Below are positions 17,363-26,053 of a DNA stretch of 64,000 bases, piece after piece. A program made the position numbers and the translations under genes. Origin of the DNA: a virus; IMG/VR virus record IMGVR_UViG_3300008267_000007, positions 32,001 to 96,000 of that record; one strand, 5' to 3'. Position 1 is the first letter of the stretch; every line of letters starts with the position of its first letter. The notes below the pieces were generated by a model. That model saw nothing but the letters and a program-made list of their open reading frames with translations. It searched no databases and was not told the DNA's origin.

Positions 17363-17546
17363 AAAATAATGTGGTATGTGGAGAACTGAGAGACGTGATG
17401 TGGAACATGGGGGGCAGGGTATGCTTTTTCTTCCCTAGACACCCTAGTTCCCTCCCCTAAAACAAAAGTATATACTATTTAAACAAGGGAATGTGAGGAT
17501 TAAGTTGCATTTCGTATATTTAAGTATAAATTAAAATAAAAAGGTT

Positions 17547-17708
17547 ATGAGAAAAGAAATAAAAAATTTGGCAGATGACTTATTTTTAAAAGGTAATAAA
17601 AGAAAGGCATTTATACTTGAATTTGAAAGTGCAGTGGTTTTAATGCGAGAAAATGATTTTGATCAATTCTATGCTTTCGCCGATATTATAATGCAAAAAT
17701 ATAATTAA
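17547..17708 (+). CDS. Small protein (53 aa, not in ORF track)
   Basis: Promoter 17512, AAGGTTATG. Confidence 0.6.
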   Translation: MRKEIKNLADDLFLKGNKRKAFILEFESAVVLMRENDFDQFYAFADIIMQKYN

Positions 17709-17720
17709 AATAAAAAGGTT

Positions 17721-17942
17721 ATGAGAATAATTAAATTGACAAGTCAGGACAAATCCCTAATTTACATTAATGTGGAACATATAGGGCATTTTTATGAAGT
17801 AGCAGATAAAATGGAGTATGGAAGAGTTACAGAAGTAAAACATACCAGAGTGGGGGTAACAACTCACAACAACGGGGGTTTCAAAGTAACTGAAAGTGTA
17901 TCCAAAATTCTTAAATTAATTAGTGAGAGTAAAGGAATTTGA
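17721..17942 (+). CDS. Hypothetical protein
   Basis: AAGGTTATG start. Confidence 0.7.
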   Translation: MRIIKLTSQDKSLIYINVEHIGHFYEVADKMEYGRVTEVKHTRVGVTTHNNGGFKVTESVSKILKLISESKGI

Positions 17943-17991
17943 TGTTATAAATCAGTTTCGTATATTCAAGTATAATTAAAAAGATAATATC

Positions 17992-18165
17992 ATGACATTA
18001 GAACAAATGAATACCGAAAACAAATTGATGGAGGAAAAACACCTTGTAGTGAAGGAATTAATGAATTACCTACATGAAGCTCAATTTGATAGAACTACCT
18101 TAACAAGTGTAATGTTGAGAGAGTTGAGACATAAAGTTAATGAAATGTTAAAAAACGATTTCTAA
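17992..18165 (+). CDS. Small protein (57 aa, not in ORF track)
   Basis: Promoter 17958. Confidence 0.6.
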   Translation: MTLEQMNTENKLMEEKHLVVKELMNYLHEAQFDRTTLTSVMLRELRHKVNEMLKNDF

Positions 18166-18242
18166 AAAGGAATATGATTAGTAAAATCAGTTTCGTATAT
18201 TTAAGTGTTAAAAAGAAATAATAATTATAAAAAATAAAGGTT

Positions 18243-18644
18243 ATGAACAGAATTGAAATTATTGCCCGTGTAAAAGAATTAGGTTTAACAACTGAAAAAC
18301 CTGCTCAACAATGTAAAACTGCTTACTTGGAGGAATTGTTAAATGCAAGTCACAGCATTACAGTAAAAACATCTAAACGTGGAAGGCCAGCCAACCCTGA
18401 AAGTGCTGCATTTAAACGTAAAGCGGATTTGGAAGCAAGACGCGCCGCGGGGGAATTGAAACGTGGTAGACCAGTTGAAACAACAAGTGAACGTCAAATC
18501 AGATTATCACTACAGGGAACATTACCATTAGGTAGAAAACCAAATCCTGAAAGTGCTGCATACAAACGTAAGGCTGAATTAGAGGCAAGACGTGCCGCTG
18601 GTACATTAAAGAGAGGTAGACCAGCTGCCCCTAAAGCAGAGTAA
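18243..18644 (+). CDS. AT-hook repeat DNA-binding protein
   Basis: KRGRP x3 plus LGRKP; internal duplication NPESAA(F/Y)KRKA(D/E)LEARRAAG.LKRGRP. Confidence 0.8.
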   Translation: MNRIEIIARVKELGLTTEKPAQQCKTAYLEELLNASHSITVKTSKRGRPANPESAAFKRKADLEARRAAGELKRGRPVETTSERQIRLSLQGTLPLGRKPNPESAAYKRKAELEARRAAGTLKRGRPAAPKAE

Positions 18645-18655
18645 TAATGTATAAT

Positions 18656-18681
18656 GGGGGGTTAATAGTTAGCCCCCCTTT
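18656..18681 (+). terminator. Intrinsic terminator
   Basis: GGGGGGTTAA-TAG-TTAGCCCCCC-TTT. Confidence 0.75.
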
Positions 18682-18699
18682 AACTTAACAATTATTATA

Positions 18700-18933
18700 T
18701 TGGAGACCTCTACCGTATCAAACAGGAAATACGTTGACAATTATAAAAAACAGAAAAACACTCCACCACCACCCTCATCACCGCTTGTGGGATGCATTTA
18801 CCAGGGAAAAACCACGTCAAATAACAAAGTAATAGGCATGTTAATGGAGTATGGCGAGGCCAATTCAATCATTAAAGATAAACATGGTAAATCGCATGTT
18901 ATACTCTCCAACACACTATTAAGCATCCAATAA
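18700..18933 (+). CDS. Hypothetical protein (start uncertain)
   Basis: ORF track, TTG start. Confidence 0.45.
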   Translation: METSTVSNRKYVDNYKKQKNTPPPPSSPLVGCIYQGKTTSNNKVIGMLMEYGEANSIIKDKHGKSHVILSNTLLSIQ

Positions 18934-18991
18934 GGAATTTGATGTTATAACTTAATTTCGTATATTTAAGTGTAATTAAAAAATAAATGTT

Positions 18992-19078
18992 ATGGAAGCA
19001 GTTTTATTATGGGGGTTAGTTATAGTGTTATGTTGGGTGAAATTTTTAGTATTTAAACATATAACAGATAAAAAATAA
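18992..19078 (+). CDS. 28-aa single-TM micropeptide
   Basis: Promoter 18958; MEAVLLWGLVIVLCWVKFLVFKHITDKK. Confidence 0.55.
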   Translation: MEAVLLWGLVIVLCWVKFLVFKHITDKK

Positions 19079-19082
19079 TATC

Positions 19083-19178
19083 ATGAAAAAATTATCATTA
19101 CAGCAAACGGCCAACATATTAAAAGTATTAGTAATTATTATTTGGGTTTGGTTCATGTATTCCTTCATTACGTCATAA
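19083..19178 (+). CDS. 31-aa single-TM micropeptide
   Basis: MKKLSLQQTANILKVLVIIIWVWFMYSFITS. Confidence 0.5.
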   Translation: MKKLSLQQTANILKVLVIIIWVWFMYSFITS

Positions 19179-19264
19179 AATAAATTTGGAGTATTAAAAA
19201 TAATTTCGTATATTTAAGTGTTAAAAAGAAATAATAATAATAATAATAATAAAAAATCAAGGTT

Positions 19265-19498
19265 ATGAAAAATTTTAAAATTAAATCGGTATTTGAACAA
19301 ATTGCATCTGAAGTATTCACAATGCGTGATGTAAACAAGGCAAAATCATTCATTAATGAGTTTATAACAAGTAAAGGCATAAACGGCGTAGACAAACAAA
19401 TAATTGTTAATAACGTTGCCAATTGCAAAAGCATATCAGCAATTCAAACTTACATTTGTAATTCATTGCTTAAATACGAAGGCATGAGTTTAAATTAA
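19265..19498 (+). CDS. Hypothetical protein
   Basis: Own promoter 19206; ends NSLLKYEGM. Confidence 0.75.
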   Translation: MKNFKIKSVFEQIASEVFTMRDVNKAKSFINEFITSKGINGVDKQIIVNNVANCKSISAIQTYICNSLLKYEGMSLN

Positions 19499-19528
19499 AT
19501 ACCCGCCATACAAATTAGTATATGCCAG

Positions 19529-19557
19529 GGGACCTAGAAATAGGTCCCTTTTTTTCT
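19529..19557 (+). terminator. Strong intrinsic terminator closing the early array
   Basis: GGGACCTA-GAAA-TAGGTCCC-TTTTTTT. Confidence 0.85.
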
Positions 19558-19780
19558 TCTCAAAACAATTTCGGTCCGGCATTGGATGCTAGCGGGACAG
19601 GACTGGATGCCCACGCAGCGTTGAGGTCCATCGGCGGTCGTGTGTGGTTCCGGAAAAAATTTCCCCACTCTTCAGATCGAAAACGATCTTTACACCAAAT
19701 CCCCATATATACGAATATATCAAAGTAAATGCAGTTCTCCCAATGGGGTACATACTTATACGAAACTTAAAAAACACAAA

Positions 19781-20011
19781 ATGAAACAGATGAAAGTCCT
19801 ATTGATGGCAAATAAAACTTTATCTTTGATGATGGAAGATTTAGCCACACTATTAGAAGGAATGGATAACCTTGATTTAGTAACGGATCTTGAAGACAAT
19901 GTCCTCTCCTCTTTAGAAGATGCTCAAGCACAACTTGACATGATAATTGATGATATAGATGAGGGCGCGTATGAAAGTATGCCAGATGAAGATTTCGAAG
20001 AGTGGAATTAA
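19781..20011 (+). CDS. Highly acidic protein (start 19781 or 19805)
   Basis: 21 D/E and 1 K in the last 68 aa; the upstream part of track ORF 19640 is judged non-coding. Confidence 0.65.
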   Translation: MKQMKVLLMANKTLSLMMEDLATLLEGMDNLDLVTDLEDNVLSSLEDAQAQLDMIIDDIDEGAYESMPDEDFEEWN

Positions 20012-20147
20012 TATATTTTCCATAAATTCGTAAAAAAGAGATTTTAAAAAGATTTTTGGCCCTCCCCACATATATACTTGTGCGGAGGGCTTGGTTTTCC
20101 AAAATATGCTTCGTATATTATATATTGATAATTTAAATAAAAATGTT

Positions 20148-20375
20148 ATGACACCAAAGGAAAAAGCTCAAGAGTTAGTTGATAAGTTTATGGATATAAA
20201 AAATGTAAAGCTATCAGACTACTCAGTAATATACTTACCAACAGCTAAGCAGTGTGCATTAATAACAGTAAATTATATAATGTCATCAAACCCACATAGT
20301 AATCTATTTGATACAGAAGGTAAATCAACTATATCTTATTGGATGTTAACTAAACAAGAAATACAGAACCTATGA
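20148..20375 (+). CDS. MTPKEKA-family protein 1 (start corrected)
   Basis: MTPKEKA..LV..F...AKQCALI.V..I...YW...KQEI. Confidence 0.8.
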   Translation: MTPKEKAQELVDKFMDIKNVKLSDYSVIYLPTAKQCALITVNYIMSSNPHSNLFDTEGKSTISYWMLTKQEIQNL

Positions 20376-20608
20376 CACCAAAAGAAAAGGCAAGAGACTT
20401 AGTAGATACATTTTACTATTCACTTCCTAATAATGGAAGTACAGAAGGAATAAACAGTACTACAAGAAGGTATGCAGAAGCTAAACAATGTGCTTCAATA
20501 TCAGTTGATGAGATAATTAATTGTGATACATTTTTTAAAACACTACAAGATAGTAAAGATTTTATATATTATTGGTATAAAGTACATCAAGAAATAGAAA
20601 ACCTATGA
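20372..20608 (+). CDS. MTPKEKA-family protein 2
   Basis: Paralog; ATGA overlap. Confidence 0.8.
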   Translation: MTPKEKARDLVDTFYYSLPNNGSTEGINSTTRRYAEAKQCASISVDEIINCDTFFKTLQDSKDFIYYWYKVHQEIENL

Positions 20609-20835
20609 CACCAAAAGAAAAAGCATCTTATCTATTCCAGAAGTATCTTCCATACACCGATGGAAGTAATGTAGAAAGAATTAGATACAATACATTAGTT
20701 TGTGCATTGATAGTGGTAGATGAAATATTAGAGGAGTTAGAACCCCTATTAGATGCAGACGAACGAGCAAATGCAGCTACATTTTATTCATGGGAGTTTT
20801 GGAAAGAAGTTAAAGAAGAACTACACAAGATATGA
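20605..20835 (+). CDS. MTPKEKA-family protein 3
   Basis: Paralog; ATGA overlap. Confidence 0.8.
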   Translation: MTPKEKASYLFQKYLPYTDGSNVERIRYNTLVCALIVVDEILEELEPLLDADERANAATFYSWEFWKEVKEELHKI

Positions 20836-21053
20836 AAACAATCATTCACGTAAACCAGCATGTAATAAAAGCTAATAAGAAGAATGGGGTAGAAAATCCT
20901 GTTCTTACTGTTAAGACTTATAAAAGCAATACTTACGCACATGAAGTTGATATCAAAGGCGATAGTAAGATAATATATAGCCCCGATAAGCCTCTAAGTT
21001 GTGGAGCACATGTTTGGATTGAAACACATAACGAAGTAGTGATAGTAAAATGA
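20832..21053 (+). CDS. Conserved phage hypothetical protein
   Basis: IHVNQHVI...PVLTVK...PLSCGAHVWIET. Confidence 0.75.
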   Translation: MKTIIHVNQHVIKANKKNGVENPVLTVKTYKSNTYAHEVDIKGDSKIIYSPDKPLSCGAHVWIETHNEVVIVK

Positions 21054-21238
21054 GAAAGTTATACTATAGGCTAGTTAGGTTAATAGGATACACCTTCCTG
21101 TTAGAAGATAGATACAACCCCGAAACATTTGAACTAGATAAAAAGTACTCTAGCTTATCACTTTACAAGTTCATAGGAAACTACAAGCACGACGGCAGTT
21201 TAAGAATGATTCGTATTTGGCAAATTAAAATAAAATAA
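21050..21238 (+). CDS. Hypothetical protein
   Basis: ATGA overlap. Confidence 0.6.
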   Translation: MRKLYYRLVRLIGYTFLLEDRYNPETFELDKKYSSLSLYKFIGNYKHDGSLRMIRIWQIKIK

Positions 21239-21241
21239 GTT

Positions 21242-21883
21242 ATGAAAAAGGTTTTGTTAGTAGGGTTATTATTTTCATTAGCGGCATGTTCGTTAGACCC
21301 CTTTTCTCCCAACGTTTGCCTAGATGGCTCATGTGATGCAGCTTTTCTTGTTGACACAAATATTAATCCAGGCTCTTATCTGGATAATAAAAATGTATGG
21401 CATATAAAACGCTCAAAACAAAATTACTTTACTGTAAAAGGAATCGCAGATAAGCTCTCACCAGAATATGTAGTAAACGGAGTACCGTTAATTGAGACGG
21501 GGTATGACTCGGATTTCTTTTTTACTCCCACAAATATTCAATGGACTTATCCTGTGTATTCCTTTTTAGGTTTATTCTCAAATAATACCTTAACTACTGC
21601 TATTCCTTATGGTTATATAACTATAACATTGCCACAAATATTAGGAACAACTTCTGTTACTAATTTAGTGGGATATGAAATGAATTCGCATACAACATTC
21701 GATAAACCATACTCTCCCACGTTACTTTCAACGTATAGTAAGTATAACTACTCCCCTCAACATAATATGATATTTTTACCTAGTTTCGTTGGTAAATCCG
21801 CTGAAATTCATATTCGAGTAGTTTGGGGAGAAGGTAGAAGTGAAACTAAATTTTATAAATTGAAAATAATTTTTGAAAATTAA
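21242..21883 (+). CDS. Lipoprotein
   Basis: MKK + hydrophobic stretch + LAAC lipobox. Confidence 0.8.
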   Translation: MKKVLLVGLLFSLAACSLDPFSPNVCLDGSCDAAFLVDTNINPGSYLDNKNVWHIKRSKQNYFTVKGIADKLSPEYVVNGVPLIETGYDSDFFFTPTNIQWTYPVYSFLGLFSNNTLTTAIPYGYITITLPQILGTTSVTNLVGYEMNSHTTFDKPYSPTLLSTYSKYNYSPQHNMIFLPSFVGKSAEIHIRVVWGEGRSETKFYKLKIIFEN

Positions 21884-21936
21884 GTATATATGTACGCAAG
21901 GCGTGGTGCAGATGGGTGCAATTAAATTAGATAAAT

Positions 21937-22125
21937 ATGGATTACATTATTAATTACCTTATTATAGGGTACTTTATTTCATTAGGTTTCCACTTAATGA
22001 TATACTTTTCACCGGTGCCAGAAAAATTTACTGCTAAAGATGCCCTTAGTACAATGGTTCTTTGGCCTTTAGTTACTTATGGATTTATAAAAGAATTAAT
22101 TAAAAGACATTATGATGGAGAATGA
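21937..22125 (+). CDS. Small membrane protein
   Basis: Two hydrophobic segments, LWP motif. Confidence 0.65.
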   Translation: MDYIINYLIIGYFISLGFHLMIYFSPVPEKFTAKDALSTMVLWPLVTYGFIKELIKRHYDGE

Positions 22126-22366
22126 TTTAGAAAAACAACTTATTCCTTATTTGGAACCTATAATTAATCAAACATTAGATATGATTGAGGGAATGTTTAA
22201 TGAAGGAAATTTTGATGAAGGAGAAATAAATGAATTGCTTTATCAACTACAAGATGATTTTGGTGAATATATTAATATGCTATCACCGCAAATTCGTGGT
22301 AGAATCTCAAAGATACACGATAAACTATTAAATTTGGATAATATATATGACTCAAAAGATTTATAG
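22112..22366 (+). CDS. Acidic hypothetical protein
   Basis: ORF track. Confidence 0.65.
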   Translation: MMENDLEKQLIPYLEPIINQTLDMIEGMFNEGNFDEGEINELLYQLQDDFGEYINMLSPQIRGRISKIHDKLLNLDNIYDSKDL

Positions 22367-22505
22367 CGTAATATGCGACTCTCTAATAATTCAAAAACTT
22401 ATGACAAGAAGCTTGGCTTTTAGAGAAATGGGTTGTATAATTGAGGAGGGGAAAAGGTAAAACAAAAATGATAGAAAAATGGAAAATGAGAAAAGGGGAG
22501 GGGGG

Positions 22506-22778
22506 ATGATGGAAATAACGTTATACACGTTGGAAATGTGTAACAGATGTAACGAGATAAAAGATGAATTGGATAAAAGAGGTATAAGGTATCAAAATAT
22601 TAACATAAGTAACAATGATAGATTAGGAGATACTTTGGAAGATGTATATAAATGCTCTTCGTACCCTATGGTTCTAAAGAACAATATTATGTTTTTACCT
22701 TATACCTCTTTACCTATTACTCCTAATATTAAAATATATAATTCAATTGCTGAATTAGTACAATTACTTAACAAATAA
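22506..22778 (+). CDS. Glutaredoxin-like protein
   Basis: ITLYT..CNRC..IK..L...GI.Y, YP cis-Pro; start probably 22506/22509. Confidence 0.75.
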   Translation: MMEITLYTLEMCNRCNEIKDELDKRGIRYQNINISNNDRLGDTLEDVYKCSSYPMVLKNNIMFLPYTSLPITPNIKIYNSIAELVQLLNK

Positions 22779-22784
22779 AATAAA

Positions 22785-22958
22785 ATGAGATATAAACAAT
22801 TAGTTTCGGACAAATTAGAACAATTAGACAACAGTTTTCAACAATTAGCTTATTTAATTAATACTCAAGACATATATCAAGCTAAGGATTTTATGGATAA
22901 AATGAGAGAGAAAATAGCTGATATTCAAACACTTATTAACACTAATACTGAAGATTAA
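22785..22958 (+). CDS. Small helical protein (57 aa, not in ORF track)
   Basis: Fills the gap exactly; MRYKQLVSDKLEQL... Confidence 0.6.
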   Translation: MRYKQLVSDKLEQLDNSFQQLAYLINTQDIYQAKDFMDKMREKIADIQTLINTNTED

Positions 22959-22959
22959 T

Positions 22960-23721
22960 ATGGAAGTTAAATTAACAGCACAACAAATATCTGAGAATTG
23001 GGATATTTTAATGTCTAGAATAGATTCTTATATTGCTGAACCAAGATGTACTCAATTAAAAGAATTTTATTCTAAATTTCAAGAACGTATTATAATGATG
23101 CCTGCTTCTTATAAGAAAGAATACCATAACGCATTCCCAGGGGGGTACGTTGATCATGTTATAAGAGTTATAGATGGTGCCCTTAAATTAAATAAAGTTT
23201 GGAAGGATATGGGAGTAGATGACTCTACTTATACTATTGAAGAATTAGTATTTTCAGCTTTAAACCATGATTTAGGTAAAATAGGAGATGAAGAAAATGA
23301 ATCTTATATCCCTCAGACTGACCAATGGAGGAAAGATAAATTAGGAGAAGATTATATGTTTAATGAGAAATTAGCTTTTGCTTCTGTTCCTGATAGATCA
23401 CTATTTACACTTCAGTCATATGGCATTAAATATACTTTTAATGAAATGGTTGCCATCCAGACACATGATGGAATTTATGATGAGGGAAATAAAAAATATT
23501 TTATGTCGTTCACCCCAGGACAAAAACCAAGAACATCTTTACCTTTTATTTTACATCAAGCTGATTTAATGGCTTCACGTATTGAATTTGAGAAAGAATG
23601 GTTACCTAAATTAGGTAAAGATAAAAAAGTAGAAGTAAAAGCTCCTGCTAAATATTCTTCTAAAACACCTACTTTATCTAATGCTAATGCACCTTTTGCT
23701 AATCTTTTAAATAATTTATAA
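22960..23721 (+). CDS. HD-domain phosphohydrolase
   Basis: YHNAFPGGYVDH, LNHDLGK, THDG, LHQAD. Confidence 0.88.
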   Translation: MEVKLTAQQISENWDILMSRIDSYIAEPRCTQLKEFYSKFQERIIMMPASYKKEYHNAFPGGYVDHVIRVIDGALKLNKVWKDMGVDDSTYTIEELVFSALNHDLGKIGDEENESYIPQTDQWRKDKLGEDYMFNEKLAFASVPDRSLFTLQSYGIKYTFNEMVAIQTHDGIYDEGNKKYFMSFTPGQKPRTSLPFILHQADLMASRIEFEKEWLPKLGKDKKVEVKAPAKYSSKTPTLSNANAPFANLLNNL

Positions 23722-23723
23722 AA

Positions 23724-24002
23724 ATGGAATTAATTTATATTAATTTAGGAGTAATTATATTAGGAGTTATAACCTATGTAATTTGGAATCTGCTTAAAAA
23801 AGTAGAAAAACTTGAAAATCAAATTACAGTTCAAGAAAAATATATTTTAGAATTTTATGACTTAATTAAACAATCTGAGTTTAAAATTAAAGAAATAGAC
23901 AACAAACAATTATTTCAATCAGATGATGAAGTAGGTTTTTTCTTTACTAATTTAAAAACTATCCAAGAAGCACTTTCGGATTATATAAAATTTATAAAAT
24001 AG
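23724..24002 (+). CDS. Membrane-anchored coiled-coil protein
   Basis: N-terminal TM; FQSDDEVGFFF. Confidence 0.7.
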   Translation: MELIYINLGVIILGVITYVIWNLLKKVEKLENQITVQEKYILEFYDLIKQSEFKIKEIDNKQLFQSDDEVGFFFTNLKTIQEALSDYIKFIK

Positions 24003-24003
24003 T

Positions 24004-24804
24004 ATGGAAGTAGATTTAAATATAAAAAATGTATTGCTAGTACCCCAGGAAGAAACTGGGGTACAATTTACAAAGAAAGGAACAGTCCGAAAAAGAAAAC
24101 CTAAAGAAAAGAAACAATACTTTACTCAAGATACTGAAGATGCTATTATTGAGTATTTAGCTGAAACTGATCCTATAAAAAGGAATAAAATATACAATGA
24201 ACGTATTGATTATAGTTTTCATAAATTAACTGAAAATATAATTCATACTTTTAAATTTTATTATACTGAAGTAGAAACTATATCTGAACTTCAACATGAA
24301 GTAACATCATTTTTACTTGAAAAACTTCATTTATATAATCAATCAAAAGGGAAAGCTTTTTCATATTTTGGTACAATTGCTAAAAGGTATCTTATTTTAT
24401 ATAATAATAAGAATTATGAGAAGTTAAAAAATAAAGCTGAAGTTGAAGCTATAGATGAAGACCAAACTATTGTTTTAAATATAATAAATAATTCAAAAGA
24501 AGCAGATGATGTTTTAATGGGTGAAAGTTATTTTATAGATAAATTTATAACTTATACTGATGCTCATTTATTTAAAATATTCCCTGATTGTGAAGATGCT
24601 AAAACTGCAGATGCTATTATTCAGCTATTTAAACATAGAGAGAATTTAGATATTTTTAATAAGAAAGGAATTTACATTTATATTAGAGAGCAAACAGATC
24701 AAGATACTCCTCAAATTACTAAAGTAATTAAATCTCTTAAAAAAGTTCATTATAGATTATTACAACAATACTTAGATTATGGATACGTTAATTTAAATTA
24801 TTAA
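24004..24804 (+). CDS. Phage (late) sigma factor, T4 gp55-like
   Basis: Region-2-like KLHLYNQSKGKAFSYFGTIAKRYLI; directly precedes the structural module. Confidence 0.7.
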   Translation: MEVDLNIKNVLLVPQEETGVQFTKKGTVRKRKPKEKKQYFTQDTEDAIIEYLAETDPIKRNKIYNERIDYSFHKLTENIIHTFKFYYTEVETISELQHEVTSFLLEKLHLYNQSKGKAFSYFGTIAKRYLILYNNKNYEKLKNKAEVEAIDEDQTIVLNIINNSKEADDVLMGESYFIDKFITYTDAHLFKIFPDCEDAKTADAIIQLFKHRENLDIFNKKGIYIYIREQTDQDTPQITKVIKSLKKVHYRLLQQYLDYGYVNLNY

Positions 24805-24841
24805 AAATTATAAAATTCCATATTTATAATAAAAACATATT

Positions 24842-25207
24842 ATGGATTTCAACTCAGTAGTATTATTTGGTAAAAAAACATTTGCCGATTTATTAAAAGA
24901 GATACACTCAAATTCTTCTAATAAGGAAAAACAAATAAAAGAAATGATTGAGCAATTAAAACCGTTTATCACCTCCGCAGGTGATGCGGTTATTATTGTC
25001 CCATTAATTAAGGATTATTTAGATGTATCAGTGAAAAATGATGATTTATTAATCAAAATGGCAGGTATTGTTCAAAGATCTATGAATACTAAAAATGGAG
25101 AAGATGAAGGATTTTTATCTGAAGGTGAAAAAGAACAACTTTTTCAATCCATTAAAGAATTAGATGAACAAGCAAAACAAGTAGCAGTAAAAGAATTAAA
25201 TGAGTAG
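24842..25207 (+). CDS. Conserved hypothetical protein
   Basis: VPLIKDYLDVSVKNDDLLIKMAGIVQR. Confidence 0.75.
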   Translation: MDFNSVVLFGKKTFADLLKEIHSNSSNKEKQIKEMIEQLKPFITSAGDAVIIVPLIKDYLDVSVKNDDLLIKMAGIVQRSMNTKNGEDEGFLSEGEKEQLFQSIKELDEQAKQVAVKELNE

Positions 25208-26051
25208 TTTATATCCTAGTTTACAGGGTGCCATATCTAACATAGCTCAAGGTAAAGGGAATAAAGGTCAAAGTTTATTTTTTTTCGCTCGAGTTAATGA
25301 TATTTTATTATCTGTTAATACTAATACTAAAGATTTCTTTAAAGATGGAGGAGGTTGGGCTGGATTAGGTTCAATTAAATTTACTCCCACAGGTACTACA
25401 CCTGATGAAGGTAAACCTACTAAATTAATAGCTAAACCCTTATTTAATAATATTTCTAAATATCCTATTTTAAATGAATTAGTACTTATATTAAGTGCTC
25501 CTTCTTATGGATTAAATGAGGATCCTCAAGCTCAAACCTTTTATTATCTAACTACAGTAGGATTGTGGAATAGTGTTCATCATAACGCTTTTCCTGATAT
25601 ATCAACGTATAAAGGTGGTGAACTAAATTTTGGCCGTACATTTACCGAAAAAGAAGATATACGCAGTTTATTACCTGAAGAAGGAGATATATTATTAGAA
25701 GGTAGATGGGGTAATTCAATTAGATTTTCTTCTACTACTAAACAAAAGCAGCCTAATAATCCTTGGAGTTCACAAGGAGAAATAGGGATGCCTATTACTA
25801 TCATAAGAAATAACCAATCTAATATAGATATAAACCCTGACCCTTGGGTCCCAGTTTATGAAGATCCTAATAATGATGGATCATCAATCTACTTATGTGC
25901 TGGACAGGATATACCTTTAGAATTAGCTTCTAAAAATTTACAATCGTTTGGAGTAACAGTAGGTGCAGCCTTTAACAGTTCACTTCAGATTCCTGATCCT
26001 AAATTCCCATCACCTGACGTTTCACCTAAACAAGCAGATAATCTTAGATAA
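25200..26051 (+). CDS. Putative baseplate hub/spike protein (gp5-like N-part)
   Basis: YPILNELVLI, EGDILLEGRWGNSIRF; position upstream of gp25/gp6. Confidence 0.5.
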   Translation: MSSLYPSLQGAISNIAQGKGNKGQSLFFFARVNDILLSVNTNTKDFFKDGGGWAGLGSIKFTPTGTTPDEGKPTKLIAKPLFNNISKYPILNELVLILSAPSYGLNEDPQAQTFYYLTTVGLWNSVHHNAFPDISTYKGGELNFGRTFTEKEDIRSLLPEEGDILLEGRWGNSIRFSSTTKQKQPNNPWSSQGEIGMPITIIRNNQSNIDINPDPWVPVYEDPNNDGSSIYLCAGQDIPLELASKNLQSFGVTVGAAFNSSLQIPDPKFPSPDVSPKQADNLR

Positions 26052-26053
26052 CT

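Larger units (their letters stand above)
4..20119 (+). promoter_or_regulatory. Dispersed early-type promoter family, consensus (TTTG)-N~15-TCGTATATT(T/C)AAGT(A/G)T, about 35 copies
   Basis: TCGTATATT at 25,1142,2010,4157,5646,5831,6885,8225,9219,9413,10294,10741,11555,11818,11980,12659,13086,13335,13657,14065,14388,14692,15098,15435,15769,16107,16510,16641,17074,17512,17958,18193,18958,19206,20111. Each lies about 25-50 nt upstream of an ATG. Spacing fits Bacteroidota -33 TTTG / -7 TAnnTTTG (e.g. TTTG 18938-18941, 19-nt spacer, TATATTTA 18961). Confidence 0.85.

Noticed and set aside
19230-19252. (AAT)7 tract as a phase-variation switch
   Set aside because: It lies in an AT-rich leader downstream of the promoter; no evidence of function
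4100-19300. Regularly recurring repeat as a CRISPR array
   Set aside because: Spacing is 130-1300 bp, the intervening DNA is coding, the repeat matches promoter consensus and there are no cas genes
19522-19780. ORFs 19522, 19589 and the 5' part of 19640
   Set aside because: They span a terminator and the GC-rich island and have atypical composition
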